A stretch of 54,558 nucleotides of DNA from a virus (taxonomy: Duplodnaviria > Caudoviricetes). The notes under the pieces were generated by a model. It ran no database searches, was not told where the DNA came from, and saw only the letters and a list, made by a program, of their open reading frames with translations. This document shows positions 52,624 through 54,558 of this stretch, piece by piece (position 1 is the stretch's first letter; each line of letters starts with the position of its first letter). The stretch covers positions 1-54,558 of the IMG/VR virus record IMGVR_UViG_3300029142_000002; one strand, 5' to 3'. Both the position numbers and the translations under genes were made by a program.

Positions 52624-52779
52624 ATTATGAGCAAAACTTGGAGACCAGATTACAATCAAGAGGCGCGAACTCATGAGGCAAGATGGGCAAATGAAGCTAG
52701 GAACACTTAAGCAGCTTGTTGATGAACTAACCCAAGAACCAAAACAGTAAATTTTCGTATCTTGTAGCACATAGGATAT

Positions 52780-53088
52780 ATGTACCTATGTGAGCACGTC
52801 CCCCCTACTGCTGCAATTCTGTCACAAACAACCTATCCAGCAGCATTGACAATTCCTGAAAAGTTTCTAACCGTGGAACACGTAGCCTATCAGTCAGCCG
52901 ATTGGGATGGGCAGATAGAGCACGGTTTCATAATAGACGACGGTACGCAAGGCTGGTGCTTTACACTTACCGGCGATAGCGTCTTTCACAGCGGCACTAA
53001 TGTAGTTATTCGCACGCTGGAATATGATGCGCGTGAGTATCCTGTCAAACTGCACTCTAAAGACCAGGCTTTTCAGTCATTTAACTAA
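52780..53088 (+). CDS. Hypothetical protein
   Basis: AGGA RBS; CGTATCTTG promoter-like motif ~25 nt upstream. Confidence 0.6.
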   Translation: MYLCEHVPPTAAILSQTTYPAALTIPEKFLTVEHVAYQSADWDGQIEHGFIIDDGTQGWCFTLTGDSVFHSGTNVVIRTLEYDAREYPVKLHSKDQAFQSFN

Positions 53089-53098
53089 CCTCCCCGAT

Positions 53099-53437
53099 AT
53101 GAGCACAAAGCACAATCTTACAGAGCTTCCACAATTGCCAACGCCAGGAGAACGATTAGCTGAAATGATCGAGAAGCAAGGGCAGTATTTAGCAGATGTT
53201 GCTGCATCGAAGCTATACGCGAAAAGAGGCAATCTAAAAGACATTGCAACTGTATGTACTGAGATGATCAGTAACATGCAGGAGTACTACAATAACTGGA
53301 GTCAAGAAAAGCCGGTGCCGGTGCAGCAGAAAGTAACCAGGCGCGTTGTGGAGGAAGTACGCGAACCGGTGCCAGCGCTGGATAATAGCTGGCTGCCTGG
53401 TGCTGCTGAGAAAGCTATGTATGGGGAGGCTGGGTGA
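53099..53437 (+). CDS. Hypothetical protein
   Basis: ATG at 53099 preferred, after the stop of the previous gene. Confidence 0.6.
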   Translation: MSTKHNLTELPQLPTPGERLAEMIEKQGQYLADVAASKLYAKRGNLKDIATVCTEMISNMQEYYNNWSQEKPVPVQQKVTRRVVEEVREPVPALDNSWLPGAAEKAMYGEAG

Positions 53438-53637
53438 TGGTTGAAGAATTAGACCGAAAGATTAAAGCCTTAAAGCACGAAGTCTGGAGTGGCTATTTTC
53501 ACCTTGGTTTTTTGATTGCCTTTAGTGGATTAGCCATTACGTTGTTTTTTATGGGAGAAATGACAAATGCTTTATTAGCGTTGGTAGTGACTTACTTAGG
53601 TGATATAAACGAAAGACTAGACAAACAGCAGCGTTGA
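53434..53637 (+). CDS. Small membrane protein
   Basis: GTGA overlap; hydrophobic core. Confidence 0.6.
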   Translation: MMVEELDRKIKALKHEVWSGYFHLGFLIAFSGLAITLFFMGEMTNALLALVVTYLGDINERLDKQQR

Positions 53638-53638
53638 G

Positions 53639-54548
53639 ATGGCGAATAATTATCCAGCAGTCATAGAGACAAAAGATGGCGACATTATAAAGCTGCTCAA
53701 CGACGGCCCTCCGTCTGTTGTCCCTGTTGATCGTTTGGTATTGCACGAAGCAAATCCGCGCCAGGGTGATGTTGGTGCGCTTGCTGTGTCGTACAAAGAG
53801 AACGGGTTCTATGGTTCAGTAATAGTAGATGCACGCGACATGCGCGTGTTAGCGGGTAATCACCGTGTAAAGGCTGCTGTTGCTCTTGGCATGGAGAAGA
53901 TTCCTGTGCAGCTCATAAAGACAGATAGCGAAATGCACGCTATCAAGATACTACTAGCTGACAATAGGCACAGCGACCTGGCCACGTATGATAATGAGGT
54001 CTTGGCAGAGTTATTACAGACGGTGGCGCTGTCTGATGAGGGATTACTGGGTACTGGTTTTGATGGCGACGATGTAGATGAATTACTAAAGGAGGTAGGC
54101 TTTGCTAGTGATCCAGAAGAAGCACCAGAAGCGGAGATAGACAGGGCTGAAGAATTGCGCGTTAAGTGGGGCGTTGAGCATGGACAACTGTGGCAGATTG
54201 GGCGGCACCGGCTGCTTTGCGGTGACAGTACGAATAACGATGATGTGGAGCGGCTGCTGGGTGGGAATGAGCCCGCTTTAATGGTTACAGACCCACCGTA
54301 TGGCGTTGAATATGATCCCAAATGGCGCGCAGCGGTAGGTATCAACAAAAACAAGAATAAAATGGGCAAAGTCCAGAACGATGATCGTGCGGATTGGACT
54401 GAAGCATGGGAATTATCGCCTGCTAATGTTGCTTACTGCTGGCATGCCGACCGGCATGCCAGTGAGGTGCAGACTAGCTTAGAAAGCGCAGGTTTTGAGA
54501 TGCGTAGCCAAATTATATGGGCTAAAGACCGCATGGCGTTGAGTCGTG
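53639..54548 (+). CDS. N-terminal part of ParB-N + N4/N6 DNA methyltransferase (not in the ORF track because it runs off the end)
   Basis: Translated by hand: HEANPR...VLAGNHRVKAA...LADNR (ParB-like), GRHRLLCGDST, VTDPPYG; in frame with 12..557. Confidence 0.9.
54351..54548. repeat. Terminal direct repeat, right copy
   Basis: Matches 1-198. Confidence 0.95.
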
Positions 54549-54558
54549 ACTGGGAAAC
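54544..54558 (-). other. Amplification primer remnant (artefact)
   Basis: Reverse complement GTTTCCCAGTCACGA matches the common random-amplification (SISPA/round A-B) tag; the sequence leaves the terminal repeat at 54549. Confidence 0.85.

Noticed and set aside
53860-54369. 169-aa minus-strand ORF
   Set aside because: It is antisense to the ParB-MTase gene, which has clear motifs on the plus strand.

Overview
The window is an apparently complete, circularly permuted temperate tailed-phage (siphovirus-like) genome with a unit length of 54,350 bp. Bases 1-198 repeat at 54351-54548, and the last ~15 nt look like a random-amplification primer remnant. The order is: ParB-domain DNA methyltransferase (split across the junction), terminase, portal, MuF-like head protein, protease-capsid fusion, neck and tail genes, two large beta-helix tail proteins, lysis cassette, accessory genes, attP (tRNA 3'-end copy) with tyrosine integrase and excisionase, a leftward early/replication operon, an RHH/HTH switch, a detached three-gene fibre module, and a rightward operon of small genes around a second, Cre-like tyrosine recombinase. 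The host is probably in the FCB group (Bacteroidota/Rhodothermota-like); this is inferred from the integrase type only. The most notable observations are: (1) an array of small genes separated by a family of 9-7-9 bp palindromic sites and shared junction repeats around the Cre-like recombinase, a candidate gene-cassette system; (2) three -1 slippery sites, two in unusual places (portal to MuF, and membrane protein to zinc finger); (3) a tail-protein domain split exactly by an in-frame TAAATG; (4) a 15-repeat fibre module that shares a promoter and leader design with the capsid gene; (5) a CREST/ceramidase-like gene in the lysis cassette. All calls were made by eye from motifs and synteny, with no database searches or folding runs.
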